The notes beneath the pieces are model-generated. The model was given only the letters and a program-made list of their open reading frames with translations, did no database searches and was not told the DNA's origin. A DNA stretch of 63,962 nt, filler included, from Saprolegnia diclina VS20 (Eukaryota), in NCBI RefSeq assembly GCF_000281045.1. It is 11 parts of 3 records of this genome, joined end to end, with 100 filler letters (N's around TTAATTAATTAA, not from the genome) between each part and the next. Parts side by side here need not be neighbours in the genome. Positions count along the whole stretch, not along the records: positions 22,887 to 47,083 come from NW_008246182.1; positions 47,184 to 48,233 come from NW_008246182.1; positions 48,334 to 49,765 come from NW_008246182.1; positions 49,866 to 51,135 come from NW_008246182.1; 7 more parts are not named here. One strand, written 5' to 3'. Shown in pieces: positions 38,369 through 51,235 of the stretch. The first letter of the stretch is position 1, and every line of letters starts with the position of its first letter. A program made the translations under genes and the position numbers.

Positions 38369-41233
38369 CTATCGTGGCGGCTCTTTGAGCTTGGAGCTAA
38401 AGCCTTGGGGCGGCCGCAAGCGCGGTGGGCTCTTGCCACTGTTGCTTGTCGCTTTGGCTTTTTTGTAGTAGAGTCCTTGGACGGGCTTGACACCGCGCAA
38501 TTGCGGGAGTCGGGTCTTGGTCGGGCTTGGTTGTACAAGTTTTGGCGACGGCGCCATGGCGACTCGCTGCGTCGGCGACGGTGCGACCGGCTTGTGCACC
38601 TGCCGAGGCGACGGTGGCGACGGCTTGACGACGGCGGTTCTTGTGTGGTGTTGGGGCGACCGAAGCGGGGGCTTGACCATCGATTTTGTTGGTGATGGAC
38701 CACGAGCTCTTGGCGGCGACAGAGCGCGAGGTTTTGGCGGCGACGGAAGAAAGGACTTGGGTGGGGATGGAAGTTCGGGCTTCAATGGCGACGGGTGCCG
38801 GTGCTGCTTGGTAGCAATGTGCTTTGGCGACGGAGGCAACGGCTTGAGCGCCGCGGGTGGGCCCGCGCTCAGCGGCATCGGGGAGACTTTGGTATCGATC
38901 ACCTGTCGCTTTCGCAGCGGACTCGCGTCGAGCGTATATTGCAGGCGCTCGTTTTGGTCGTAGACCTTATGCAGCGCTGCATTGTGCTTTTCAATGACGT
39001 GTTGCAGCGTGTGCATGGATGCTGTGAGGTCAGAAAGGTGCGCATCGTGCTCGGCGAGTCGTCGTCCGAGCTAGACAGCAAATACGTGTGTCACCTCAGA
39101 AACCAAAGCCATGTACCTCGAGGTTGACTGAGTTGGCAATCAGCGTTGCGAGCTGCGAGATCTGCGCCACGTCCGTCGCGTAGAGTGGCACCAGCACTGG
39201 AAGCTCAGACGACGACGGATTCCGCGAGGCGTACAAGAGACTGTGCGTGCTGGCACTGGATACGAGACTCTCTTTTTGCGGCCGAATGACCCTTGCTTTG
39301 GCCGGCGCCTTGGCCTTTCGCCGGCTTCGGAGGTCGTTGGCAGTCGCTTTGGCTTCCTTACACGCCAAGTAGTCGCGTGTCGCGCGTTGAATACGGTTGG
39401 CGGCCGTCACGTGCACTTTGGAGTGGTACCGACGCGGCTTGGGGTTGAGTTTCTTGGCCTTGGCCTCTTGCCACTTGGCGTGCGACTGCTGCGCCCGGCG
39501 TTTGAAGACGCGGTGGCGGAGCGACCGCTGCAGGACGTGGGCGGCGGCCTGGCGCTGGGCTTCGCGCTGTCGCTTTTGGTCGTTGATAGAAGCCTGTTGT
39601 TGGCGTTGCAGCTCCGCTCGCTTGTGCGCCTTGTCGCGCACATGCGCTGCGTGGCGCTGTCGAAACGTGTGATGACGTAACGATCGCAGGATCGTGGATG
39701 CGGCGTGCGCTTCTTGCGTGCTCTGCAGCTCTGCGTGCATTTGGGCGTGCAGTGACGCTTCCACGGCTTTGGCGGCCTGTTCTTCGTCGAGCTGGCGCTG
39801 GAGCGCCTTGCGTCGGGTCTCGAGCTCCAACTCCATGTCTCGCTCGGCCTACGGTCCGTTGGTGGCCATTTAGAATAGAGGTTTGCCATGTCAACCTGCA
39901 GACGCGCTTGCTCGGCACGCTCGCTTGCCCGCTTGGCCTTTTCCAGAGCTCGCTTGAGCTGCTGCACCGACTGACGCTTGGCACCGATCCCACTTTCATC
40001 GTCCTCGTTTTCGTCGTTGTCGGTGTCACCGCTCTTCTCAACGCCGCTTGGAAGATCCATGGACCTGGGCGGCCAAGAGGGTACCTCGGCGTTCCCGTCC
40101 AGGATTGAAATGGTGCCGTCGCACACAGGGTTATCATACTCGGCGCTCGGCTCGACTGCGATCAGCGATGAAGCGTCGGGCATGGCCGCACTCTCGTCGG
40201 CTTCGGAAGCCAACGCGACGTCGAACGCACTAGTTTCCGCTGGTGGTAGCGCTGTGCGATCGCCTTCGATCGCTCCATCGACGGCTATTGCAGTGGCGTG
40301 GAAGAGACCTTCCGTGTCGTAATAGCCGCCGTCGACAATGTAGTTGCCGTACTCGTCATAGTACCCCGCGGCGGCGTCACTGACCGCGGCGTTGTCATTG
40401 GTTGTTGTCATTGCTGTTGTTGCAGCCGGCGTCGACGCTGGGAAAAACGTGCCTTGCGTGTCGTAGTACCCCGCTGCCGTGATGTAGAAGCCTCTGGCGT
40501 CGTAGTATCCATCCGACGCGGATGCCTCGCTGGCGACCGGTGGTGGCTCGTCGAGTGCAGGTTCGTCCATTGGCTTGGCGACCTCTTTTGGTCGCCGGTT
40601 GCGCATGTAATAGGGGTCTTCGTCCACTTCGTGCTCGGTCGCTGGCGGCGACGTCTCGTCGCGCCTGGCGTCGCTGCTGTTGTTGTTGCTTTTGGAACTG
40701 TTGCCGGTTTGGAGGGGGGCCACGTAGTTGGCTGGAAAGAGGCCTTCGACGCTGGGGCTCGCGGCCAAGTACCCCAGACACCACCCATCGTCCTGCTCTT
40801 TGGTCACAACGACAATATCGCCAGCGTGTAGTTCGAGCTCGTCCGCCTCTACGACAGTTTGTACATTGGCAAGTTGCGACAGGGTGGGCTTGTACCTTGG
40901 GGAGTGTAGTCGTGCAGGGCGCGGACACGATCTAGCACGTCGGTCTGGTTGCTCCGGAATGGCGGCAGATGCGAGTTGAGCTTGGCGTGCTCGACCTTGT
41001 GCTCGATCTTGCGCACGTAGTTGGACGGGAAGAGACCGACGTCGTCCGGCGCGCCATCGACGTAGCCCTGGCACCAGCCGTCGTCGAGGTACGCGAGCAC
41101 TTGAAGCGTGTCGCCAGCGCGCAGCTCCAGCTCGTCGGGCTCTGCGCCAACTGTATGATGCACTCAGAACGTAGATGTGCGTACCTGTAGGGACATAGTC
41201 GTACAGGACGCTGACGGGCGTCGACCCCGCCAT
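38369..41233 (-). CDS. Double-SH3 protein with GYYD repeats, coiled coil, IQ-like motifs and Pro-rich tail
   Basis: VLYDY..ELELRAGD..DGWCQG..GLFPSNYV and ALHDY..ELELHAGD..DGWCLG..GLFPANYV; AANRIQRATRDYL. Confidence 0.85.
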
Positions 41234-42048
41234 AGCATCAACTGCAATCTGGGGGTTTCGCGCGTGTGTGAAACCAAGGTGCATTTCACGTGTGTGAAAT
41301 GGTGAAAAATAAAAAAGTAGCCAGCGCCGCCACCTGCACCAAAATTGACCTTGTGAGAAATGTCGGGGAAGGCTTGCTGACGTCAAGGATGCACAAACGA
41401 GTGGCGTGGCTGCGATGCTGTCTACATTGAGTCTACAGAGTCAAGGCGACATGGTTGAAACAACAAAGCTACAGCGACGTAGTGCCTTGATCCCCGAGGT
41501 GAATGGACTGTACGAGGAGGAAGTAGCTTGCAGCTCCTTGCCGAGAGTACGACGCTGAGTGGACATTCTTCTCCTGAGACGAAGCGATCATCTGCAGCCA
41601 TGCCACATCACATCGTGACCTTGTATGGAGATGATTGGGAGGATGTGGCATCAAATAGTGTATGTAGAACAGAATCGCCGGCAGTGTTCAGTGCTGTTGC
41701 ATTTGCACGCTGCCCACAACCCGTTTTTGAAGGATTATTGTGTGGCGGGGCATGCTTGCGTGGCGTATAATGCCTGTGTCCATGTTGCAGCAATGGCTTG
41801 CGACAGAGGTCGCGTTTAACACTATTTGACGCAATAGATCGTTGGTGGTCGCTCTGTATTTCTCACAGGTTCGAAACGGTGTGAAATAATAATAATCCGT
41901 CGGCATACAAATACCAAGCAACATTTATAAAAACACACGGCGCGTTACACCAGGATCGGGAAAAATACGTTGAACCCGCATTCTTGGGCTGGACTGCTCG
42001 CCGCCGCTGCTGCCAGCTCGTCGCCGTCGCCGCCGCCACCTCGCCGCC

Positions 42049-43879
42049 ATGGGATGCCACAGCTCCAAGCCCGACCACGTGGGCACGCCGGGCCTGCGCA
42101 ACATGCGGGCGCCCATGGCTGACGACCACCTGCCCGACGACCTCGCATCCGAGCTTGTCCAGCACACTGTCGTGTCCGACATCAACGACATCTTTGAGTT
42201 CCACGAGGAGCTCGGGAAGGGCTCCTTTGGCCGCGTCGTCCGCGCCACAAATCGCAAGAGCGGCAAGGTCTGGGCGGTCAAGATCGTCGACCTCGGCAAC
42301 GCGCTCGACAAGGTGCGCACTGCCAAGTATGCGCTACAGGTCAAACGATGCGTGTAGAGCTCGCTCCTCAACGAAATTAGCATCGTCAAGCGGCTCCAGC
42401 ACCCGAACATCGTGCGCATGATTGCCTCGTACGAAGATGCCAAGCACATGTACATGGTCATGCAGCTGCTTCCTGGCCACGAGCTCTTTGACCACTTGTA
42501 CAAGTCGGACAAGACATTCTCCGAGGCCGACGTGCGCAAGCTCATTCTGTGCTTGCTCCGCGCGGTGGCCTACTTGCATTCGAACCAGATCACGGTACGA
42601 ATGCAGGCCGCAAGTGCTCTCACACATCGCGTCGTAGCACCGCGACCTCAAGCTGGAGAATTTGCTCTTGGAAAACGAGCTCCAGATGACGTCGCTCAAG
42701 CTCTGTGACTTTGGTTTGAGCAAATTTATGAAAAAGGGTGAGCGAATGCAAAAATCACTGGGCACGATCGGTACAACCTTGGTCCGTCCCGAGTTTGAAC
42801 TCACAATCAATAGACTATGTCGCACCCGAAGTGCTCGACGGCGACTACAACGAAAAGTGTGATCTCTGGAGCATCGGCGTGCTCTGCTACGAGCTCCTTA
42901 CGCACAAGTCGCCGTTCCACGGCGAGACGACAGACGAGACGATGGGCAAGATCTTTGATGGCATCCAGCCGAGCTTTTTCCAAGGCGACATCTGGAAAGA
43001 CATTTCGCCCGACTGCATCAACTTTATCAAATCGCTCATGCAAGACGACCCGGACGGTACCTATGCGCCTCTTTCGCAGCGGCCTAAGTGACACCGAACT
43101 TAGAGCGGCTCTCGGCCGAGCAAGCGCTCAACCACCGCTGGATGCGCACATCGGCGTCCGGCGTCATTGACGAGAACAAGCGACAGCTCTTTATGAAGAT
43201 GGTCAACTTTGGCAAAGGTCAAAACAAACTAAAAAAGACGGCGATGCTCTCGATGGCCATGGGCGTCGGCGAGGCGCACTGCAAGCCGGAAATCGTCGCC
43301 GAGGTCTTTCACAGCATGGACCTCGACAAGAACGGGACGTTGAATGCAACCGAGTTTTGCAAGGCGCTCGAAGACTATGGCATTGGCCACGACGAAGCCA
43401 TGGACGCATTTGCCCGCATGGACCAGGTATTTTACCTGTATTTTTTTGCCATTTTTGTTTCATACGGAGCGTGTACTATTGTGATGTAGAGCAAGCACGG
43501 CAAGATCAACTACATTGAGTTTGTCGCTGCGGTCCTCGACGAGTTTGGCGACGAGACAATGAAGGAAGCTTTCTCGATGCTGGATGCAGAAAAGACGGGG
43601 CGCATCTCGGTCGTCGGCCTCCAAAGCGTCTTCAAGAACATTCAAGCGTGCGACCTCCAGGAAATGGTTCAGAGCGCCGATATCAAGGGCGACGGCACGG
43701 TCGACTTCGAGGAGTTCAAGATGATGTTCCAGTCGACGCCCCGCCAGGCGGGACCGAGCATTGCGGCCGTCGTCATTGCCGAGCGAACGGCGTCCCGACG
43801 AGGCGAGCAGCTGTTTCCGCTCGTCCCGCACGAAGATGTCTCGCCCACCGAAGTGAAAGACGTTAAAGTGTGTCTATAA
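42049..43879 (+). CDS. Calcium-dependent protein kinase (CDPK) with EF-hands
   Basis: MGC acylation motif, LGKGSFG, HRDLKLEN, CDFG, YVAPE; EF-hand loops DLDKNGTLNATEF, DAEKTGRIS and DIKGDGTVDFEEF. Confidence 0.92.
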
Positions 43880-44611
43880 CTCATATTTGCATCATGTTTT
43901 GGTACACTATCGTCGGAAGCGTAGTGCGTGAATGTGTTTTTCACAGGTGTGTAAAATTGTGTGCCATATATCATTGCATTATAGTATGGTCGGCATTTTC
44001 ACGTGTAACAATACACGCGTGGAAAAGTGGGGAACGCGTGGGAAACACAAGTATACAAACACCAAGCTCATACGTGGCAACCACATAAATGGATACAAAC
44101 CCGAGCCCTACAGAAGCGGGCGTTGTGAAATAGCCCAGTGGTTACTATAAAGCTTCATGTAACCCGTAAGCCTCCTTTTTCCACGCAGAAAAACTAAGGA
44201 CAAATCGCATGAACACACTGCTGACAAATAATATACCAGCATCAGAAATGACGCTAAGCATACTGTCTCAACATATTTAAAAAAAAAAGTTCTTACTCCA
44301 AAAGCATGAAGCATGATAAATATGACACATCGCATGTACAGGCTGCGGATATATACTAGCATAAAAATGACGATATAAAAGGTGGCGTAAATATATATAA
44401 AGGTACCTTTCCTCTCTCGATAGTTTATCGTCGTTAGATGCAAGAAGCGTTGCAGCTGGAAACGAGTTGAATGACAAACATAGGGCTTACCCACCCACCA
44501 AGTACAAACCATACTAGCAACAGCCAGGTACAGTGTTAAGCATCAGCAAAAAGGTGGTGATAGTATCAAAGAAGTTATCGAGTCCAATGAAAAGAGTTGT
44601 ATCACACGTAG

Positions 44612-45469
44612 CTACGAGCTTGCTTTGGGTGGTTTGGGGGGCGAGACGACGAGCGCGTACTCGTTGGTCCACGCTCGCGTGCGCACGACGTGCGTCGGGT
44701 GCATCGACGTTTTCCACGGGCCTTTGAAGGACGCGGCATAGAGCCAGCCGTCAGTGTCGCCTTGGCGCACGTCAAACTGCCACGACCCTCTGGCCTGGAA
44801 CGCGCTTGGAATCGGCGGAATTGCGTCCTTGAAGAGCAGTGCGCTGTGCTCGGGGCCGGTCCACGGCAAGCGGTCGCCGAGTTTATGGGCCAAATAGTCC
44901 TTGGACCACTTGTTGCTAAGTGGTAGCCAGCGCTCGTTTTCCCACACCACAACCGGGAACGACGCGAGCCAGCCTTCAAAGCACAAACTCAAGTGAATTT
45001 GCGCGCTCTAAAATCACAACATGTTGAGACATCAAAAGGCCCGACTTCACCGTACGCTATGTGTGTCTTTGGGCGTCTGGAGCGGGTACGCTTGGACCTT
45101 GGCGTCTTGGATCTGCGTGGCGCCCGCCCAGTTGGTGAGCGGAAATCGCGCAACGCCGAGCGCGTCCTCCACACGCAGTGTGTCGAGGTCGTTGACGTAC
45201 ACAACGAGCTCGGGGTGCGTCGTGACGTCGTCGTCCGTCACGAGAAATTCGCACATTTGGTCCCGCCACACGGGGTGCAGCGTCTTGCGCACGAGCGGAC
45301 TCTGCCACTGGTGCTGCCCGAGCGTGATGAGCACGTACGGATCGCTGGTGTTGAGGTCGGGGTCGGCGGCGGGAAGATTCGTGACTTTTTCCAAAGCGAT
45401 GCAGAGTCGGCGCGCGCCGGCGTGGCGAGGCACGCCCCCCGACACTCGGCGATGTGGACCAGCTACCAT
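44612..45469 (-). CDS. C2-domain and DysF/Pex24-like domain protein (copy 1); start uncertain
   Basis: C2: NLPAADPDLNTSDPYV..KTLHPVW. DysF-like: WENERWLP..W..DGWLYAASF..VVRTRAW. Confidence 0.75.
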
Positions 45470-45871
45470 TTATGTCGTGTATATGTGCCCGAAGAAATAC
45501 TGGCCGTCAACGCCGGCGGAGAAGCTGACGGTTGGGTGCGTTGGCCCAGGGGAATACATGTTCACAGCGCGTTGGTTGCCGTTGATGACGTCGTTGGACG
45601 AACCTCATGCACGATCATGCCAAAATAGCACACATAATGCATGACGATTATTTAATATATTTTAGCGCAGCTTATATATGATATAATACTAGTAGATAGA
45701 TGGCTAGGATGCAATCGTCGATGACGCTTACGCGAGCTAGCGCCGTTTACACGTGACGGTGTGTAGAGTGGAGCATATGGTGGTATTAATACTGATTGGT
45801 TTCGAATTTGATCCAGACCCTAACCCTTGTATTTCGAACAAGAGCAATGCAAATGGACGATATTCGGTTAG

Positions 45872-46723
45872 TTAGCGTTCTTCGACGATCGATGGTTCAC
45901 GATAATAGTAGGTCTTGTGCCACTCGCGACAGCGCACCACGCGGGACGTGCTCGTCTCGGGATGCCACGGCCCGTTGCCCGACGTGCCATAGCGCCACCC
46001 GTCGCCGTCGGCACCCGAAACCGAAAAGGCCCATGGACCATCCTCAGCGATCGGCTGCTCTTTTAATGCGTCTGGAAGTGCTTCCTGGAATGTGCCACCA
46101 CGGCGTTGCTTGCTCTCGAACGGCGCGCGGTCGCCAAGCAGCGACGACAAGTGGTCGCTCGACCAGTTATCGCTTGACGGTGCCCAGCGCTGAAGTTCGA
46201 AAATTTGGTACGTTACGGACGCGTTGGGCCCGACTATGGAGAGTCCTAGCACCACCTAGCACCAGTATGTATGAGTGGGTACGAGTTTCGAATCGCCAGA
46301 TATCAAAAATGCCGTCGCACCTCGTGTCGAGCGCTAGCCTCCTGCGGTGCACGACAGACAAACGACTGGCGCTGCGGTTGGGTCCCAGCGAGCAATTCCT
46401 TAAGATCGATGTCACACTGTCCCAAGACTTGATCGATACAGGTCGGACTTCGGCCATGCAGCGTTGCTTTGAGGCACAAGCCGCTTTCGTCGTTTGAAAG
46501 CGGCAGCTCAAAAACTTGGTGCCACGCCGGCGAGGCGACATCTTGAGCGGCAACGCTTCGACGCCGCTCCTCCCCGAGGGTGCAAACAAGGTACACCTCT
46601 CGCCATTTGGCCATGGATGAAGGCGCGAGCGTGGCTTTTTCTGCGACGACGCGCAGGACGCGGGTGTGGGCTAGGACGCAGCGGTGGGTGGTCGTTCCTG
46701 AGAGTTGACGTACCTTGTACCAT
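45872..46723 (-). CDS. C2-domain and DysF/Pex24-like domain protein (copy 2)
   Basis: MVQ|AHTRVLRVVAEKA..VYLVCTLG..SPAWHQVF..VLGQCDIDL (C2); FELQRWAP..DGWRYG..VVRCREW (DysF-like). Confidence 0.75.
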
Positions 46724-47183
46724 GCTTATGATCAGCGTAAGATAAGTAAATATAAAAGAACCGAGGGACATAAGGCAATGGACAGGTTATCTTCGAATGT
46801 GCCGTTCAACGCGGGCCGTCCAACGCCAGCGTGTGTTGATTAGGGCTAGGGTAAACGCAAATATTTGCATGGGAAAGACTGTCGTTGATCGCGTTGGATT
46901 GGGCTCCGTGAAAGGTTGTCATCACGTACTCATGACAGCTTTTCTTCACTTAGCGTGTTGGGACCTCGTGGCAGTCTCCAATTGGGCCAAGCTCTGGTCG
47001 TCCTCTGATTGGACGCCAGACTGGCCAATAGGCGCTGCTCCAATGTATTGGCCCAGCAGTAGCTTGCAAAAGCACATCGTAATNNNNNNNNNNNNNNNNN
47101 NNNNNNNNNNNNNNNNNNNNNNNNNNNTTAATTAATTAANNNNNNNNNNNNNNNNNNNNNNNNNNNNNNNNNNNNNNNNNNNN

Positions 47184-47286
47184 CTGGGTGCCGGAGACCA
47201 AGGGCCTCACGCTCGAAGAGCTCTCGGGCGAAGACGCCGCGTACAACGAGTCCAAGACGCCTTTCCCCAAGGAAGCCGGTATGTAG
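47184..47286 (+). CDS. 3' end of an MFS transporter (phosphate/sugar porter family)
   Basis: WVPETKGLTLEELSGEDAAYNESKTPFPKEAGM* contains the PETKG motif. Confidence 0.75.
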
Positions 47287-48542
47287 ATTCGAGGACCTTG
47301 TATATTCGTGTTGTAGCGTTTAACTCTTGAATCACTGATTTTGACGCATTTCCATCGCTTGTCTAAATACCCTGCGTTGTATTAATGCGGTTTTGCCCAA
47401 TCACGGACGTTCCAAAGTTGAAACTGTCGGTTGCACTTTTTAGCTGACGTGGCAGCACGAAACGCATCCGTTTGGTGACGTGGCAAACTCTGGTAGCCGG
47501 GCCAAAAATCGCCTTGGGATGGACGTTAAAGCAACAGACGAGACCGTAATTTACGGTGTGCATTTGATCTCACCTCGACACAAACACGCTCGCACGGGAC
47601 CACCTAAACACAAGGTTTACGGCACTACCCTTTATGACGCCTAACTGACTCCGGATTACGGCAGGTACTGCATCACAACGAGTACACTACGTTTTCTAGG
47701 TAGCTATCATGACAAGACGCGTCGCGGAGCCAAGAGGATGGCGCTGATTGTGAGTGGATGTTGCTATGCACGAACCGGCAACCCTTGTCCATTTAACGGC
47801 AACGAGTTTGATAGTCCATCGCGTCTGGTACACGCTTTGGCTTGAGTGCAACGGCCACATCTCCCGCACGTCGCTCAACCCCACGTTGCGCGAGCCGCTT
47901 GCCGTCAAGGTAGCAAAACTTGAACGACTCTCAACTAGTGACGATGTTATACCGGCCCTCCTATCCTCCAAGACTTGCGGTGAGCGCGCTGCATAGTGCC
48001 CCACACAATTGCCAGCGAAAAGGAGGTGATACATTCTTCTGACGCCCAGTAACGCTAATGTATACTAGTATGAGTACGCCACGGCCTGAAACAAACGCCT
48101 ACGAGTTGGACGGATTGCAGTGAGCCTCGCAAACAACTGCCCAATCCTGTTCCACTGCGATCTGCTTCATTGATCACATTGCGAGTCGATCATGCACGCC
48201 CTTTTCCTCTGCTTTTAGTCATAGACGTACCTTNNNNNNNNNNNNNNNNNNNNNNNNNNNNNNNNNNNNNNNNNNNNTTAATTAATTAANNNNNNNNNNN
48301 NNNNNNNNNNNNNNNNNNNNNNNNNNNNNNNNNAAGCGAAGCGAACCTGCCACATCCCGCCACCAGGGCTGCTGCAGGCGCCAACGCATTAGCTGCTGTT
48401 GTCGTGCATGAATCATTCGTACGCGGCTTAGTCATGGTCGCTTTGAATACAGAGATGCGTCGCCGCAGAGTACGTAAACCTCTACGAGGAACGAGGATCC
48501 CTTGGAGACTCTGGCGGACGGCATCGTGACGTCGATCGCGTT

Positions 48543-49608
48543 TCCCGGGCGACACGAAACCGTCAGCGTCTCCGATTCAACTGACGTGGCAGCACCGATG
48601 CGCACCATCGAGGATCACGACAACGCATGCAGTTCCAAAGGTCGTGTGTGTTGCTGGCCGCGAATTCCAGCACCGACCGCAAGATCAAAAGCACAAAATC
48701 AAACGTGCAATCTCAAACGTGCAATCTAAAACGTGCAATCTCAAACGTGCAATCTCAAAAGTGCAATATCGAAAATGCAATATCGAAAATGCAATATCGA
48801 AAGTGCTATCTCAAAAGTGCAATCTCGAAAGTGCAATCTCAAATATCTGACATCAAATATGCAATCTGTCGAATTCTACGTGGAGAGCAACGCGAGGCCT
48901 TCACGACCCGTGGTCAGTCCTATGCGATGTTACCACTTGATAACGACGCTACACAATGCTCACGCCAACTTGCTCAATGTTCACTACTACTCCAAGTACC
49001 TGCATGAACGCTCAAGACGATGCTAGATTCAGCATACAATGTGATCCTTCTTGCCNNNNNNNNNNNNNNNNNNNNNNNNNNNNNNNNNNNNNNNNNNNNN
49101 NNNNNNNNNNNNNNNNNNNNNNNNNNNNNNNNNNNNNNNNNNNNNNNNNNNNNNNTCCCGGGCGACACGAAACCGTCAGCGTCTCCGATTCAACTGACGT
49201 GGCAGCACCGATGCGCACCATCGAGGATCACGACAACGCATGCAGTTCCACAGGTCGTGTATGTTTACTGCCGCGAATTCCAGCACTGACCGCAATCTCA
49301 AAAGCGCAATCTCAAACGTGCAATCTCAAAAGTGCAATCTCAAAAGTGCAATCTAAAAAGTGCTCAAACGTGCAATCTCAAATATCTGACATCAAATATC
49401 TGACATCAAATATGCAATCTGTCAAATTCTACGTGGAGAGCAACGCGAGGCCTTCACGATCCTCGCTCAGTCCTATGCAATGTTACCACTTGATAACGAC
49501 GCTACACAATGCTCACGCCAACTTGCTCAATGTTCACTACTACTCCAAGCACCTACATGAACGCTCAAGACGATGCTAGATTCAGCATACAATGTGATCC
49601 TTCTTGCC
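48543..49608. repeat. Two diverged direct copies (48543-49055 and 49156-49608) of a ~0.5-kb element, each with a 14-bp minisatellite
   Basis: Shared flanks. Arrays of AAAMGTGCAATCTC-type units at ~48701-48868 and ~49291-49420 differ in unit number. Confidence 0.9.
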
Positions 49609-50601
49609 TCCGCTGTGCCTTCTCGCACCTGCGATGTACCATCTGAGGAACCCCTCTGCGCGCCCTGTCAGCAGCAGCCATGCCACAGCAGCCCCAAGCC
49701 ACAGCAGTCCACATCACAACACATCATTTTCATAGCACAACCACAATAATTACATAGCATTTACANNNNNNNNNNNNNNNNNNNNNNNNNNNNNNNNNNN
49801 NNNNNNNNNTTAATTAATTAANNNNNNNNNNNNNNNNNNNNNNNNNNNNNNNNNNNNNNNNNNNNGAATCTGCCCGTCTGACAGATTCGTTCAGCATACA
49901 TTACGAATCTGAGATCCGTGCAGCAGCTTCAATGCTTGTAACACGGCGTCTGAGGCGCGTCGAATCGAACGCTCCTCGCTCCACGGAGGGCTTCGCTGGG
50001 AACGTCGATGGAGAGTACAAGGTACCAAAAGCAGAGGAAAAGGGTCAAACGGCTGAAGAAAGGGGAGAAGGGGTGTCCATGGTCGACTTCCAATGTGAAC
50101 AACAAGGCGGATCGCAATGGAACAGGATAGAGTGCCGTTTTTTGCGAGGCTCGCTGCAAGCCATCCAAGTCGTTGACGTTGAATAGATGGATTCCATTGC
50201 AGCATCCACCCACCTGTCACAGTCGGCGACGTCCTCACGGTTTTCCCGGGGCGCCCGCCACTCCCATAGCCAACTAAGATAGACACTCGTTGTTATGTAC
50301 GACCTAGCATAATCTCGGTAGAGGACACGGAGGGGCGGCGGCGCTGACGTGATGCTGGCGATAACGACTGAACCACGGCAAACGTTGCCATTCCGATTTC
50401 AGATTCAACTGCGCCGGCGTGTCTTGGTGCCAAGAGATGGGTTGGTGCGCCGACCGAATCCGTCGCCAACTGAACGCCTGGTCCAGCCAAGACCGGTGTG
50501 TTTGTATACGCGTATACTGTAGTAGACGTCCGTTCTGCAAGTGCAGGAGCCATACATATGCATTTTGACGGCCCACCTGGATCGTGGATCGGCATGGCGG
50601 T

Positions 50602-50720
50602 TTGTTGAAGAGCCAACACAAGATTCCGTGGTCTTCATCGCGGTAGCGCACTGCAATATCGAAAATGCAATTGTTGAAGAGCCAACACAAGATTCCGTGG
50701 TCTTCATCGCGGTAGCGCAC
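50602..50720. repeat. Perfect 50-bp direct repeat (50602-50651 and 50671-50720) with a 19-bp filler
   Basis: TTGTTGAAGAGCCAACACAAGATTCCGTGGTCTTCATCGCGGTAGCGCAC occurs twice. Confidence 0.95.
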
Positions 50721-50839
50721 GCGAATCTCGCGACAGCGGCCACTCCTCACATTGTCGGTACCGTCTGTCTGTGCTGCTCGCCTCTCTCTTGTTGAGCCGA
50801 AAAGCAAGCTCTCACTTTTCCTTTTCTCGTGTCTTCACC

Positions 50840-51135
50840 ATGTCGACGGCCATCCAAGGTCAACGCAAGGAAGTGTTTGCCAACTTGGACGACGCCACGT
50901 TCTCCAAGGCCCATGTCCGTGCGATGCTTGTCGCTGGCTCTGGTTTCCTCGTCGACTCGTACGACAACTTTGTCATTGGCCTCATCGTGCCCATGATTGC
51001 ATGGGAGTACTACCACAAGAGCAGCCTCCCGTCGTCGCAAGCCGATGGCTGGGTCAAGGCCGCGTCGTCGTGGGGTAACGCGGTCGGTCAGCTCTCGTTC
51101 GCCGTCCTCGGCGATATCCTCGGCCGCAAGAAGGT
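50840..51135 (+). CDS. PHO84/PHT1-like phosphate:H+ symporter, 5' part (truncated by gap)
   Basis: VAGSGFLVDSYDNFVI and GQLSFAVLGDILGRKK motifs; INR-like CTCACTTTTCCTTTT at ~50811. Confidence 0.88.
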
Positions 51136-51235
51136 NNNNNNNNNNNNNNNNNNNNNNNNNNNNNNNNNNNNNNNNNNNNTTAATTAATTAANNNNNNNNN
51201 NNNNNNNNNNNNNNNNNNNNNNNNNNNNNNNNNNN

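Noticed and set aside
45817..45828. Telomere-like CCCTAACCCT (also GGGTTAGGG near 58715)
   Set aside because: Fewer than two full units; compatible with chance.
47740..48230. Possible LINE 3'-end remnant (VHRVWYTLWLECNGHI) and similar ORF scraps at 49866-50300
   Set aside because: Only a weak motif echo; no RT or endonuclease sequence.
48701..48868. Regular short repeats resembling a CRISPR array
   Set aside because: Head-to-tail 14-bp units with no unique spacers, no cas genes and a eukaryotic context; it is a minisatellite.
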